This document shows, piece by piece, positions 20,187 through 30,759 of a DNA stretch of 64,000 bases. The translations under genes were made by a program, and so were the position numbers. This DNA comes from Nitrosopumilus sp. (GTDB lineage: Archaea; Thermoproteota; Nitrososphaeria; Nitrososphaerales; Nitrosopumilaceae): assembly GCA_965205425.1 (NCBI GenBank), contig CBDBGZ010000009.1, positions 640,001 through 704,000 on the forward strand. Reading direction: 5' to 3'. The notes under the pieces are model-generated. The model was not told the DNA's origin and searched no databases. It was given only the letters and a program-made list of their open reading frames with translations. Numbering within the stretch: the stretch's first letter is position 1; every line of letters starts with the position of its first letter.

Positions 20187-21018
20187 AACTGTTCAAGATA
20201 TAATTAAAATGAAAAATGAAAAGAAGAAAATTTCAGTCATAACAAGTTATGATTATACTTTAGCTTCATTATGCGATAAATCTGGAATTGATATTCTGTT
20301 AGTAGGTGACAGCGCAGGAATGGTAATGCTTGGATATGAAAATACAATTCCTGTAACTATGGATCAAATGTGTATGTTTACAGAAGCTGTTAGTAGAGCA
20401 AGAAAAGATTCCTTACTTGTATCAGATTTACCTTTCATGTCATATCAAGCAAGTATTGAAGATGCCATAAATAATTCTGGTAGATTAATCAAAGCTGGTG
20501 CAGATGCAATAAAACTTGAGGGTGGATCAATAATGGCTGAAACAATTAGTGCTATTGTAGATGTAGGAATTCCTGTTATGGGTCATATAGGATTACAACC
20601 TCAAACTACAATGCTATCAGAAGGATACAAAGTTCAAGGTAAAACAAAAGATTCTGCAATAAAATTAATCGAAGATGCAAAAGAGCTTGAAGATGCTGGA
20701 GTTTTCAGTATTGCATTAGAAATGGTTAGTCATGAAGTTGCTCAAATAATTTCTGAAACAGTCAGTGTACCAGTAATAGGAATTGGTTCAGGAGTAAACT
20801 GTGATGGTCAGGTACTTGTTGTTCAAGATTTACTAGGTATGTATGACAAAATAAAACCAAAATTTGCAAAAAGATACATGAATCTGTCTGAAGATATTGT
20901 AAAATCACTTGAAAATTATCGAAGCGATGTAGAATCAGGCCAATTTCCTACTAAAGAAAATTCATTTTCAATGAATGAAGAAGAACTGAAGAAATTACGT
21001 GAACAACTTGGCAGCTAA
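20179..21018 (+). CDS. panB: 3-methyl-2-oxobutanoate hydroxymethyltransferase
   Basis: TSYDY, LVGDS, DLPFMSY, KLEGG, MGHIGLQPQ. Confidence 0.96.
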   Translation: MHKTVQDIIKMKNEKKKISVITSYDYTLASLCDKSGIDILLVGDSAGMVMLGYENTIPVTMDQMCMFTEAVSRARKDSLLVSDLPFMSYQASIEDAINNSGRLIKAGADAIKLEGGSIMAETISAIVDVGIPVMGHIGLQPQTTMLSEGYKVQGKTKDSAIKLIEDAKELEDAGVFSIALEMVSHEVAQIISETVSVPVIGIGSGVNCDGQVLVVQDLLGMYDKIKPKFAKRYMNLSEDIVKSLENYRSDVESGQFPTKENSFSMNEEELKKLREQLGS

Positions 21019-22258
21019 AAAGAAAATTAACAAAAAAGATCATCCATCTTTGGATATAGTTAGCTCATATGGAGTTGAATTATCTGGAAAAAAAATTGTA
21101 CTGTGTGTTGCAGGTAGTGTTGCAGCATACAAATCAATAGAACTTGCAAGATTACTAATGAGACATGGTGCAGATGTAAAATGTGTAACAAGTAATGCAG
21201 TTACAAAATTAATTCAACCAGAATATTTCAAATGGGCTACAGGGAATGAAGTAATTACAAAACTTACTGGTGAATTAGAACACATTAGATTAGCAGACTA
21301 TAATCAATCAGATCTAGTAATAGTGTATCCTGCAACTGCAAACACATTAGGAAAATTAGCAAATGGAATTGATGATACGCCTGTATCAACAGTACTTACA
21401 GTAGGTTTTGGCTCAAAAATTCCAATTTTGATGTGTCTTGCTATGCATGCATCAATGTATGAAAATTCAGCAGTTAAAAAAAATATTGAATTTCTAAAAA
21501 ATAAAATTGAATTTCTTTCCCCTAAAATGATTGAAGGTAAAGCAAAATCACCTGAACCTGAAGATGTCTTAGAAAATGTATTAAAGAAATTTGGGTTTTC
21601 ATCGGTATTAAAAAATAAAAAAGTGTTAATGACTGCAGGACCCACAATTGAATACATTGATCCGGTTAGAGTAATTACAAATTTGAGTTCTGGAAAAACA
21701 GGTTCACTTTTAGCATCTGAATTAATTTCTGCAGGGGCTAAAGTAACTCTAGTTTATGGTCCTGCAAATCAAGAACCACCAATTGGTGCCAAAGTAATCA
21801 ATGTTGCAACCAACAAAGAAATGTTTGATGAGACAAAGAAAGAACTGAAGAAAAAATATGATATTGTAATTATGGCTGCAGCCGCTTCAGATTATACTCC
21901 ACTAAAAACATCAAAATCTAAGATAAAAAGTGACAAAGAATCACTTGTAATTAGGCTCAAAAAAGCCCCAAAAATCATTGATCAAGTAAAAAAATTACAA
22001 AAAGATGCACTTCTAATTGGATTCAAAGCAGAGACGAATCTAACCAAAAATGCATTAATCAAATCTGCACAAAAAAAGATCAAAGACTCGGGTGCAGATA
22101 TTATTATTGCAAATGACATTGGCAAAAAATACCAAAAAAATACAGATTATAATCAAGTATTTTTTGTAGATGATAAAAAAATAACTACATCTGGTTGGAA
22201 GAAAAAAGAAAAAATTGTGAAGTTTATCAGAAAAGAAATTGAAAAGAAAATAAAATGA
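21008..22258 (+). CDS. coaBC: bifunctional phosphopantothenoylcysteine decarboxylase/synthetase
   Basis: GSVAAYKS, PATANTLGK, TAGPTIEYIDPVRVITNLSSGKTG, GFKAE. Confidence 0.95.
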   Translation: MAAKKKINKKDHPSLDIVSSYGVELSGKKIVLCVAGSVAAYKSIELARLLMRHGADVKCVTSNAVTKLIQPEYFKWATGNEVITKLTGELEHIRLADYNQSDLVIVYPATANTLGKLANGIDDTPVSTVLTVGFGSKIPILMCLAMHASMYENSAVKKNIEFLKNKIEFLSPKMIEGKAKSPEPEDVLENVLKKFGFSSVLKNKKVLMTAGPTIEYIDPVRVITNLSSGKTGSLLASELISAGAKVTLVYGPANQEPPIGAKVINVATNKEMFDETKKELKKKYDIVIMAAAASDYTPLKTSKSKIKSDKESLVIRLKKAPKIIDQVKKLQKDALLIGFKAETNLTKNALIKSAQKKIKDSGADIIIANDIGKKYQKNTDYNQVFFVDDKKITTSGWKKKEKIVKFIRKEIEKKIK

Positions 22259-22434
22259 AAAATTCTGATATCAAAAAACTAATTTCACAATACAAAGATA
22301 CTATCATGAAACAAAAAAAGAAAAATGCTGATAGTTTTAGATTATCTGAAAAACTCAAAGAGATAGAACATAGATACTATCATGAAACAGGAAGAACATT
22401 AAAATCAGATTTAGATAATTTTAAAGAAGATTGA
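22255..22434 (+). CDS. 59-aa hypothetical protein
   Basis: Read manually: MKNSDIKKLISQYKDTIMKQKKKNADSFRLSEKLKEIEHRYYHETGRTLKSDLDNFKED*; ATGA overlap with coaBC and TTGA overlap with the next gene. Confidence 0.75.
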   Translation: MKNSDIKKLISQYKDTIMKQKKKNADSFRLSEKLKEIEHRYYHETGRTLKSDLDNFKED

Positions 22435-23267
22435 AGCAATCTGAATATAAAAAACGAAACATGACAATCTGGAATGAGGTTGCGCCAAGGTATCATAAAA
22501 GATGGGCATCTGAAGATAAAGGACCATTTGCAAGTACAAAAAAGTTAGTGTGTTTGGTTGATATTAAAAAAGGAAACAAAGTACTTGATGTTGCATGTGG
22601 AACAGGAGTTGTTATAAAAAAATTAACCCAAAAAGTTGGTAAAACTGGATATGTAATTGGTACAGATACTTCAATTACTGCAATAAAGATTGCAAAAAAA
22701 TGGAATAATAAAACATCCAATCTGTTTTTTGTAAATGCTGATGCTGAGAATTTATCATTTAAAGAAAAGTTTGATATTATTACATGTCAATACGCATTGT
22801 TTTTTTTTCCAAATGCCTCAAAGGCTCTAAAAAATATGAGAAAAAATCTCAAAGTATCAGGCAAATTAGGCATGTCTGTGCATGGTCATAGAGAGAGAGT
22901 ACCATATTTTGGAAATATTTTAGATGCTGTTACCCAGTTTATTCCAGAGTATATTCCGCCAGGAACTCCAGACTTGGATAGATTTGGTACAAAAAAATCA
23001 TTTAGAGATGAGGTGAGAAAAGCTGGATTTTCAAATGTCATAGTCAAAGATTATACTTTCAAGTATAGTCCAGGTAATTTTGATGATTATTGGAGAAATT
23101 ATCTCAAATATGTTGCAAAACCAATCAAAGAAAAATTAAACTCACTTGATAAATCACAAAGGAAAGAACTCAAAGAAATGATTAGAGAAAATACAAAACC
23201 ACACACAAAAAGAAATGGAATTATACAATTTCCTTGGGAAGTTTTAATTTTAACAGCAAAATACTAA
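22431..23267 (+). CDS. class I SAM-dependent methyltransferase (UbiE-like)
   Basis: VLDVACGTG, ADAENL, FDIITC. Confidence 0.9.
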   Translation: MKQSEYKKRNMTIWNEVAPRYHKRWASEDKGPFASTKKLVCLVDIKKGNKVLDVACGTGVVIKKLTQKVGKTGYVIGTDTSITAIKIAKKWNNKTSNLFFVNADAENLSFKEKFDIITCQYALFFFPNASKALKNMRKNLKVSGKLGMSVHGHRERVPYFGNILDAVTQFIPEYIPPGTPDLDRFGTKKSFRDEVRKAGFSNVIVKDYTFKYSPGNFDDYWRNYLKYVAKPIKEKLNSLDKSQRKELKEMIRENTKPHTKRNGIIQFPWEVLILTAKY

Positions 23268-23279
23268 AAATTAAGAGAA

Positions 23280-23765
23280 ATGGCCAAAGACAAGAAAAAG
23301 AAAGAAGAAGAAAAACCAAAAAAGAATGATTTCAAGTCATTCCTAAAAAAAAGAGCTCCAATCTATCTTGCTTTGATCGCAATGTTAGTAGTATTTGTAA
23401 TTCCTGAATATACCAAAGGAACACTAGAGAAAAGTTTTCCAGAATTTTCAGCTGAAGAACAATTGGTTGTAGATATTTTGATGAAATATGATGGTCCAAA
23501 TAATGATGGATTAACAGTTTTAGAAGCATTAGAGAATAAAATAGATGAAGAATATCCTAATGAAAAAATCTATGATCATAAAAAGACTGTTGTTGATTTA
23601 GTTGTAACAGGTATAGATTCTGAAGAATACAATGTAAATTTTAATTTTAAATCACATAATGGTGAAATGAATTATGATTGGAATGTAAATATAATTTCTG
23701 AAGAAATTTCTTCTAACAATCCAGATGCAAAATACATAATTGATTTAGTAAATTATTATGATTAG
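23280..23765 (+). CDS. hypothetical single-TM protein
   Basis: Basic N-terminus, TM helix, acidic ectodomain. Confidence 0.75.
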   Translation: MAKDKKKKEEEKPKKNDFKSFLKKRAPIYLALIAMLVVFVIPEYTKGTLEKSFPEFSAEEQLVVDILMKYDGPNNDGLTVLEALENKIDEEYPNEKIYDHKKTVVDLVVTGIDSEEYNVNFNFKSHNGEMNYDWNVNIISEEISSNNPDAKYIIDLVNYYD

Positions 23766-23767
23766 GC

Positions 23768-24832
23768 TCAGATTGTAACTAAATCTTTAGTAAATTTGTG
23801 CATTACAATTGGTCTATCCTTTACAATCAATGAATCTTCAATTCTTATTCCAAATTTATTTTGAATGTAGATTCCTGGTTCTACAGTAATTGCCATATTT
23901 TCTTTTAGTTTAGTATTACTTCTGTAAGAAACAGTTGGGAGTTCATGTACTTCTAATCCAATACCATGACCTGTCGAATGAATAAAATATTTGCCATAAT
24001 TTTTTTCTTCAATAAATTTTCTACATGCAGTATCAACATCTTTGCAATCAATATTTGGTTTTACGGATTTTAGACCAAGTTTCTGAGATTCTTTAACAAT
24101 TTCATACGCTTCATTTGCTTGTGATGGAATTTTTCCTAGTGCAAATGTTCTTGTTGCATCAGAAACGTATCCTTTGTATCTTAATGTAAGATCAGTTACT
24201 ACAAGATCACCTTTTTTGAATTTTCTGTTAGTTACTTGTGCATGTGGAAGTGCACCATTTGGGCCTCCAGCAATTATCAATGGATTTAGTGTAGATTTGT
24301 AACCAGTATCAAACATTTCTTGTTCCATTGCATATGTCATCAAAATTGTTTGTAATTCTGATTCTTTTTGACCAACTTTCATCTTTTTTGAACAAATTTG
24401 GAACATTTCATCAATGATTTTTGATGCTTTTTTGAGAATTTGGATTTCTTTTTCATCTTTTATTATTCTGGCATTGTAAAATGGTTCAGTTGATGATTTT
24501 ATTTTTGGTATTGATTTTCTCAATGACATCATAATAGAGTAATTTTGGCAATCAGTACAAACTCGATTTTTCTTTATTTTCTTAATTACAGATGAAATTA
24601 GTCCTTCTCCACGTTCAGCCGTTATAACATCACAATCTTCAGATTCTTCTATTGCTCTTCCTACTTCTAATTCAGGAGCAATAATGGTAGTTTTTCCATT
24701 TTTTTCAAGTAAACCAATTGCCTCACCCCAAAATCCGGTCATATAGAATAGATTTTCAGGCTCAAATGTAACTAACGTATCACAATCGATCTTTTGAGCG
24801 TATTTTAGAAGATTCTTTCTGCGTTGCTTCAT
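23768..24832 (-). CDS. Xaa-Pro aminopeptidase (M24B)
   Basis: YVSDATRT, HSTGHGIGLEVHE, TVEPGIY, GIRIED. Confidence 0.94.
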   Translation of the reverse strand: MKQRRKNLLKYAQKIDCDTLVTFEPENLFYMTGFWGEAIGLLEKNGKTTIIAPELEVGRAIEESEDCDVITAERGEGLISSVIKKIKKNRVCTDCQNYSIMMSLRKSIPKIKSSTEPFYNARIIKDEKEIQILKKASKIIDEMFQICSKKMKVGQKESELQTILMTYAMEQEMFDTGYKSTLNPLIIAGGPNGALPHAQVTNRKFKKGDLVVTDLTLRYKGYVSDATRTFALGKIPSQANEAYEIVKESQKLGLKSVKPNIDCKDVDTACRKFIEEKNYGKYFIHSTGHGIGLEVHELPTVSYRSNTKLKENMAITVEPGIYIQNKFGIRIEDSLIVKDRPIVMHKFTKDLVTI

Positions 24833-24903
24833 ACAGAAACATCTCTATTTCTCAATTTATGTATGATGTAAAGTTTGTATATGGAAAATTGAACCAGATC
24901 GCA

Positions 24904-25911
24904 ATGGCTGAAGAGAAGAAGAAAGTTGTTGCCTTACTATCTGGAGGATTAGATAGTCAACTTGCAGTAAGAATGATGCAAGAACAAGGTTTTGATGTTT
25001 CAGCTGTTGCAATTAAAACTCCATTTTGTGATTTTGATTGTGGAAGAGGATGTGGTTTTGAAATTAGAGAAAGAGCAGATGATCTTAATGTGAATTTAAA
25101 AACAGTTTATCTTGGTGATGAATACATTGAGATGTTAAAACATCCAAAGCATGGAATAGGTGCTGGATTTAATCCATGTGTAGATTGTAGAACAATGATG
25201 TTTGATGCAGCAAAAAAACACATGGAAGAAATTGGTGCAGAGTTTATTATTTCTGGAGAAGTATTAGGTCAACGTCCAATGAGTCAACATGCACCATCAT
25301 TACATATTATTGAAAATGAATCAAACTTGAAGGGAAAAATTGTTAGACCATTATCAGCTGGTCTCTTACCAGCATCAGATGCTGAAAAAGATGGTTTGAT
25401 TAAAAGAGAAAATCTTGGAATGATTAAAGGAAGACAAAGAAAAATTCAAATGAAAATGGCTAAAGAGTATGGAATTGAAAATCCGCCAAATGCAGGTGGT
25501 GGTTGTTTGTTAACAGAACCACAATTTGGAATCAAAGCTAAAGATTTGTTTGATCATATTGAAACTCCAACAATTAATGAAATTGATTTGTTAAAAATTG
25601 GAAGACATTTTAGATTAGACGAAGAAACAAAATTTGTTGTTGGAAGAAATAAAGATGAAAATGAAATGATCAAAGCATTAGCATTGCCAGGTGATATTTT
25701 ACTTGAGGCTAAAGATTACGTAGGACCAGTTTCAATCTTACGTGGTAAGAATGCAAAATTACATGTAAAATTTGCATCTACGGTAACTTTAAGATATTCA
25801 GATGCACCAAAAACTGAACACAGTGTTGTTTCAGTAAAAAATGGAGATTTGAATGAAGAAATTACTACAGAATGTGCAGAAGAACAATCTTATCTTAAAT
25901 TTAGAATGTAG
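24904..25911 (+). CDS. PP-loop tRNA sulfurtransferase-like protein (ThiI/MnmA-related)
   Basis: LLSGGLDS PP-loop, NPCVDCR, GEVLGQRPMSQ, GGCLLT. Confidence 0.82.
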   Translation: MAEEKKKVVALLSGGLDSQLAVRMMQEQGFDVSAVAIKTPFCDFDCGRGCGFEIRERADDLNVNLKTVYLGDEYIEMLKHPKHGIGAGFNPCVDCRTMMFDAAKKHMEEIGAEFIISGEVLGQRPMSQHAPSLHIIENESNLKGKIVRPLSAGLLPASDAEKDGLIKRENLGMIKGRQRKIQMKMAKEYGIENPPNAGGGCLLTEPQFGIKAKDLFDHIETPTINEIDLLKIGRHFRLDEETKFVVGRNKDENEMIKALALPGDILLEAKDYVGPVSILRGKNAKLHVKFASTVTLRYSDAPKTEHSVVSVKNGDLNEEITTECAEEQSYLKFRM

Positions 25912-25984
25912 GCGTGAAATTTTTTAAAAATTAGTTAAAACTAAGGAAGAGTTTTTGAGGAAGTAGATCTCATTTTCAACAAGG

Positions 25985-26263
25985 ATGCAAAAACAAGAAA
26001 ATTCCACATATCTAAAGGCCATAACGATTAGAGACATCAGTGATGTTCATTCTATCAAAGAAGACATCAAAAAGGAGATGATCCTAATTCTAAGAGTAAC
26101 ACCATTAGCACAAAAAGACGTGGAACAACTTCGTAAAGTAGTTGAAGAGTTGTATTCTATTGCAAAAGCTGAAGATGCTGAAATCGCAAGACTAGGAGAA
26201 GAGAGAATCATAATTGCTCCATCTAGTATAAAGATCTGGAAACCAGAATACGATCTAAAATAA
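25985..26263 (+). CDS. sepF: SepF-like protein
   Basis: Fold pattern ILILRVTPL...LRKVVEEL...IARLGEERIIIAPSSIKI. Confidence 0.7.
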   Translation: MQKQENSTYLKAITIRDISDVHSIKEDIKKEMILILRVTPLAQKDVEQLRKVVEELYSIAKAEDAEIARLGEERIIIAPSSIKIWKPEYDLK

Positions 26264-28195
26264 TTTTATTGCTTCTTGAACTTGTGGATAATGTGCAGGT
26301 ACCTTATACATTCGTCTAATATTCATAGCAAGATTTTCTGATTTCTTACGTTCTCCGTGATTTACTAATACACGTCGAAGTTTTGGTCGTAATCTTTGCA
26401 CAAATGACATTAGTTGATTATAATCACTATGTCCACTAAATCCATCTAATTTTTCTACACCACAATTAATTGAAACAACTTCAACTTTACCCTCTTTGCC
26501 CAACATTGTTGCTTGTTTAGAACCATCTAGAACTCTTCTTCCCAAAGTTCCATTTACTTGATAAGAAACAAACAGAACTTTGTTCTTTTTATCAGGTGCT
26601 ATATTTTTGAAATATTCTAAAACAGGTCCACCTTCTAACATTCCAGATGTAGCCAAGATAATGCATGGAGAATTATCCCTCATTGGTTCTTCTCTAGCAT
26701 CAGCGTGTTCAATGTTGGTAAAGTATTCAGAATCAAATGGATTATCATCAGTTTCTAGAATTTTTTGTTTTAGTTCTCTTGCAAGGTATTCAGGATAGGA
26801 TTCATGTATTGCTGATGCCTCAGAGATCATTCCTTCTGTAAATACAGGTGCTTCAACCATTTCTCCTGATTTCATGTAATGATCAATTACCATCATAATT
26901 TCTTGTGCACGTCCAACTGCAGGAATTGGAATTAAGACTTTACCTCCATCAGCCAAGGTATTGTTTACAGCATTAATGAAAGCAGATTCTACTTCTTGTC
27001 GAGTTGGTTGAATATCTTCTTTAAGACCATATGTACTTTCAATCAATAATGTTTCTACTCTTGGGAAATTCCAACTAGCAGCTTCAAACAAAATACTTTT
27101 TCCAAATTTAATATCACCTGAATAAACAAAGTTGTGATCACCATTTCCAATATGAAAATGACATAAAGCTGAACCTAGAATGTGTCCAGCATTTGCAAGT
27201 ACAAGTTTAATGTCAGGGGAAATATCAGTAACAGTTCCATATGGTAAAGTAATTGTTTGTCTCATAATCTGTTTAACATCTCGTTCAGAATAGATTGGAG
27301 TTCTACCTTGAGCAGAAGCTACTTTGATTGCATCTAATTGGATCAAATTCATCATTGGTAATGTTGGTTCAGTACAATAGATTGGACCTTTGTATCCATA
27401 TTTACATAATGTTGGTAAAAATCCAGTATGATCTAGGTGTGCATGTCCAATAACTATGGCATCAAGTTCATCCAATGTTATGTTTAAGGAATCTAATCTT
27501 GGAAATGCATCCATAGGAGAGCGCGCACCAGGATTTATTCCACAATCAATTAGGATTTTACTCTCAGGAGTTGATAGTAGTAATGAAGATCTTCCTACTT
27601 GACCAAATCCACCAAGAGTATAAAGTGAAACTTCTGTTCTTTGAGATAATCTAGGTCTAAAAATCTCATCACCAACCTGCTTAAGCTGTTTACTTCGTTC
27701 AACTGAGGCTTGTTTTAAAGTAGCATTGATTGTTTGAATTGTACGTGAAGGGATAGTAGTAGCTTTTCTAACACGTAATCTCCATCCTATTTTTTCAGTA
27801 ACTTCAGCATGATTGAATTCTTTAGCATTTCTTTGTAATAACCAAGGTCTTTTTGCTTCTATAGATACTTCACCAGTTGCAGTATCAAAAATTGTTCCTT
27901 GAAGATTTGCTTCTTTTGGAACACAATCAGCTAAGATTTTTCTAGCTTCATCTTCAGGTTTTCTAATTGATTCATCAGTTCGAACAACAATTCTTTTTTT
28001 AATAATATTTACAAGATTAGAAATTGTATCATTGTTTTCCATCAAGTAACGTGGAGAATTTGTATAAAGAGCAATTCTTGGTCCTTCATATTCTATTTTT
28101 GTTACACTTGCCTCTTTTGGTATACTTTGCAGTATGGTGGCCATTATATTCTGGCTAGTAGGAGGTAAATCTTTTGATTGTTGTTTTCTTTGCAT
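26255..28195 (-). CDS. beta-CASP ribonuclease aCPSF1 / FttA (KH + MBL)
   Basis: KH N-terminus (IEYEGP), HAHLDH, AGHILGS, GFSGHSD; next to psmB as is typical. Confidence 0.95.
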   Translation of the reverse strand: MQRKQQSKDLPPTSQNIMATILQSIPKEASVTKIEYEGPRIALYTNSPRYLMENNDTISNLVNIIKKRIVVRTDESIRKPEDEARKILADCVPKEANLQGTIFDTATGEVSIEAKRPWLLQRNAKEFNHAEVTEKIGWRLRVRKATTIPSRTIQTINATLKQASVERSKQLKQVGDEIFRPRLSQRTEVSLYTLGGFGQVGRSSLLLSTPESKILIDCGINPGARSPMDAFPRLDSLNITLDELDAIVIGHAHLDHTGFLPTLCKYGYKGPIYCTEPTLPMMNLIQLDAIKVASAQGRTPIYSERDVKQIMRQTITLPYGTVTDISPDIKLVLANAGHILGSALCHFHIGNGDHNFVYSGDIKFGKSILFEAASWNFPRVETLLIESTYGLKEDIQPTRQEVESAFINAVNNTLADGGKVLIPIPAVGRAQEIMMVIDHYMKSGEMVEAPVFTEGMISEASAIHESYPEYLARELKQKILETDDNPFDSEYFTNIEHADAREEPMRDNSPCIILATSGMLEGGPVLEYFKNIAPDKKNKVLFVSYQVNGTLGRRVLDGSKQATMLGKEGKVEVVSINCGVEKLDGFSGHSDYNQLMSFVQRLRPKLRRVLVNHGERKKSENLAMNIRRMYKVPAHYPQVQEAIKLF

Positions 28196-28202
28196 TAAAT
28201 CA

Positions 28203-28835
28203 CTAAAGTTTGATGACGGCTTTCTTTTGCTCATCAGTTAATAGACGGAAACCATCTTTGTCCATAATTGCGACATTAATTCCGTCACCTGTACCAATGT
28301 TTCTAACTATTGCGGCTTTAACAGCTCGTAGAGCTACTTGTTTTGCTTCTTCAACTGTAAGGTCTTCTCTATATTCTTCTTCTAGTAAACCATAAGCAAC
28401 TGGAGAACCGCTACCAGTTGTTACATATGATTTCTCTTCAACTGAACCAAACATATCGACATTAAATAAAGAAGGACCATTTGCATCATATCCACCAAGT
28501 AAGATATCAGCCATGAATGGATATCCTCTATTTTGATGAAATATCAAAGAACAAAGTCTTGCAAGGGAATGAATTGAAATGTCACCTTGTTTTTCAACTC
28601 TGTGAAGATTAGAATGATAGCGTAAAATATCTACAATGTTTTGTGCGTCTGCAACACCACCGGCCAAGGTTAATCCTGCGTGTTGATCAATTTGTTGAAT
28701 TTTCATAGTGTTGTTATTTGCAATAAAATAGCCCGCACTGGCTCTCATATCAGCACATAATACGACACCGTCTTTAGCCTTAATACCTACAGTGGTAGTC
28801 CCATGCAAAATTTTTTCTTCAACGTTATTTGACAA
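28203..28835 (-). CDS. psmB: proteasome beta subunit
   Basis: Propeptide + HG/TTTVG, GSGSPVAYG. Confidence 0.96.
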   Translation of the reverse strand: MSNNVEEKILHGTTTVGIKAKDGVVLCADMRASAGYFIANNNTMKIQQIDQHAGLTLAGGVADAQNIVDILRYHSNLHRVEKQGDISIHSLARLCSLIFHQNRGYPFMADILLGGYDANGPSLFNVDMFGSVEEKSYVTTGSGSPVAYGLLEEEYREDLTVEEAKQVALRAVKAAIVRNIGTGDGINVAIMDKDGFRLLTDEQKKAVIKL

Positions 28836-28931
28836 AATACACCTACTAAGATAAAGTGAAGTGAATCAATCCCTTTTAAATAACTTTTTGATCCCTTGAA
28901 ATCATAAATAATGATAAAAAATCAAGATCGC

Positions 28932-29975
28932 ATGCAATCGCACACAATGGAATTACCTAGGCTCATTGAAATTGGAGAAAAAAACATCAATGATTTTGGA
29001 AAATTCCTCATTTCATTAAACAAACCAAAAAAAGTATCATTGGTAGCTGGAACAAACGTTCAAAAAATTTTAAAGAAAAAAATAGAAAAATCATTAAAAA
29101 CAAAAAAAATTCAATTTATTTGGCATACTTCTATAGATAATCAAATAAAATCATTAAATCAAATACAAAAAGATGTTAAAAAAGATAATTCTGATTTAAT
29201 TGCAGGTATTGGTGGTGGACGTTCAGTAGATACTGCTAAATTAATTTCATACAATTTAGGAAAACCATTTGTAAGTTTGCCAACTGCAGCTTCTCATGAT
29301 GGAATGGCAAGTCCATTTGTATCAGTTAAAAGTGATAAACCGCATTCCATTGTTGCGACTGCTCCAATGGGAGTTTTTGTGGATATTGATATTATCAAAA
29401 AAGCTCCAGCAAAATTGTTAGCTAGTGGATGTGGAGATCTTATTGCTAATATTATTGCAGTAAAAGATTGGCAATTAGGTCACAAAAAGAAAAAAGAATA
29501 CTACGGAAGATATGCAGCTGATTTGGCCATGATGAGTGCCAAAATAGTAATGGAGAATTCTTCTGAATTTGCCAAAAAAGGATTAGATGCAAGAGTAATA
29601 GTTGAAGGATTGATTAGTGCAGGAGTCGCATCATGCATTGCTGGAAGTAGTAGACCATGCTCAGGTGCAGAACATCTTGTTTCACATGCACTTGATAAAC
29701 TTGCTCCAGGAATTGGATTGCATGGAGAGAAATGTGGATTGGGTTCTATTATGATGGCAAAACTGCAGGGACAAGATTGGAAAAAAATTATTAAGACTTT
29801 GAAAGATGTTGGAGCTCCAACTACTGCAAAACAAATTGGTCTTAAACCAGAAGTAATAGTTAAAGCTCTAATGATTGCACAAGATCTAAGACCAGAAAGA
29901 TATACAATTCTAAAAGAAATTAAAATGACTGAGAAAACAGCATTGAATCTTGCAAAGAACACTAAAGTAATTTAA
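28932..29975 (+). CDS. egsA: sn-glycerol-1-phosphate dehydrogenase
   Basis: GGGRSVD, PTAASHDG, SSRPCSGAEH, LHGE. Confidence 0.95.
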   Translation: MQSHTMELPRLIEIGEKNINDFGKFLISLNKPKKVSLVAGTNVQKILKKKIEKSLKTKKIQFIWHTSIDNQIKSLNQIQKDVKKDNSDLIAGIGGGRSVDTAKLISYNLGKPFVSLPTAASHDGMASPFVSVKSDKPHSIVATAPMGVFVDIDIIKKAPAKLLASGCGDLIANIIAVKDWQLGHKKKKEYYGRYAADLAMMSAKIVMENSSEFAKKGLDARVIVEGLISAGVASCIAGSSRPCSGAEHLVSHALDKLAPGIGLHGEKCGLGSIMMAKLQGQDWKKIIKTLKDVGAPTTAKQIGLKPEVIVKALMIAQDLRPERYTILKEIKMTEKTALNLAKNTKVI

Positions 29976-30718
29976 GCAGTTTTTTGTTCTGGAGCTTTTG
30001 CTTTAATTTCAGGTTTCTTTTCTTGAGCTTGTTTGTTGATGTGAGTTTCAACAAAGCTAACTTTTTCTAAGGTTGGAACAAATTTGAAAACATCTAATTG
30101 AATAAAGTGTTTCATGATTTGTAATCCATCAGCACGAAGAATTTCTTCAGGAATTGTAACACTTGCTTCTTTATCTTTTAAGTCAAATGCAATTTTTGTA
30201 TCCTCTACAGGTAATCTGTTTTTAAGAATTCCATCTACTCTGTCACTTGGAGAATCAAGTGATTTGATAACATTAACATCAAACAAAATTGTTTTTCCAG
30301 CATATCTGTGATTGTAATCTACTTGAACTCTACCTGAACCAATATAACGAATAATTCCTCTTTTATTATCAACTTCAATTGTGTCACCAACTGTAACTTT
30401 CTCTGCATCTTCTCCTAGTTTTCTAATAGGAATCATTCTGACTTTTCCAGAATCTCTTTCACCAAAACCTTTGTCAGGTGTTACTTCTACTGTAAGTTTA
30501 TCACCAACTGCAGTTTTTGCAAGTGCTTCATCAAGTCCTTTTAGAACAGGATAAGAAACTTCACCAATAGAAACTAGTTTTGGTTGATACTTTACATTTT
30601 GTTCATGAATAGAATGTTTTTTTGCATCTTCTTCAATTGTGGTATCAAATATTTCCTCGGTATCTTTTACTCTTGCAGTATAATCTACTAAAATTAATGA
30701 TCCTTTATCAAATGTCAA
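29972..30718 (-). CDS. FKBP-type peptidyl-prolyl isomerase (long archaeal type)
   Basis: GLDEAL, PDKGFGER, VDYNHRYAGKTI. Confidence 0.92.
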   Translation of the reverse strand: MTFDKGSLILVDYTARVKDTEEIFDTTIEEDAKKHSIHEQNVKYQPKLVSIGEVSYPVLKGLDEALAKTAVGDKLTVEVTPDKGFGERDSGKVRMIPIRKLGEDAEKVTVGDTIEVDNKRGIIRYIGSGRVQVDYNHRYAGKTILFDVNVIKSLDSPSDRVDGILKNRLPVEDTKIAFDLKDKEASVTIPEEILRADGLQIMKHFIQLDVFKFVPTLEKVSFVETHINKQAQEKKPEIKAKAPEQKTA

Positions 30719-30759
30719 TGTGATCGGTCTCGAATTTCCTTATATTAAGTTAACAGGGT

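Noticed and set aside
25909..25918. TAGGCGTGAA shared with the MITE interior
   Set aside because: 10-bp match with no extension or IRs; likely chance
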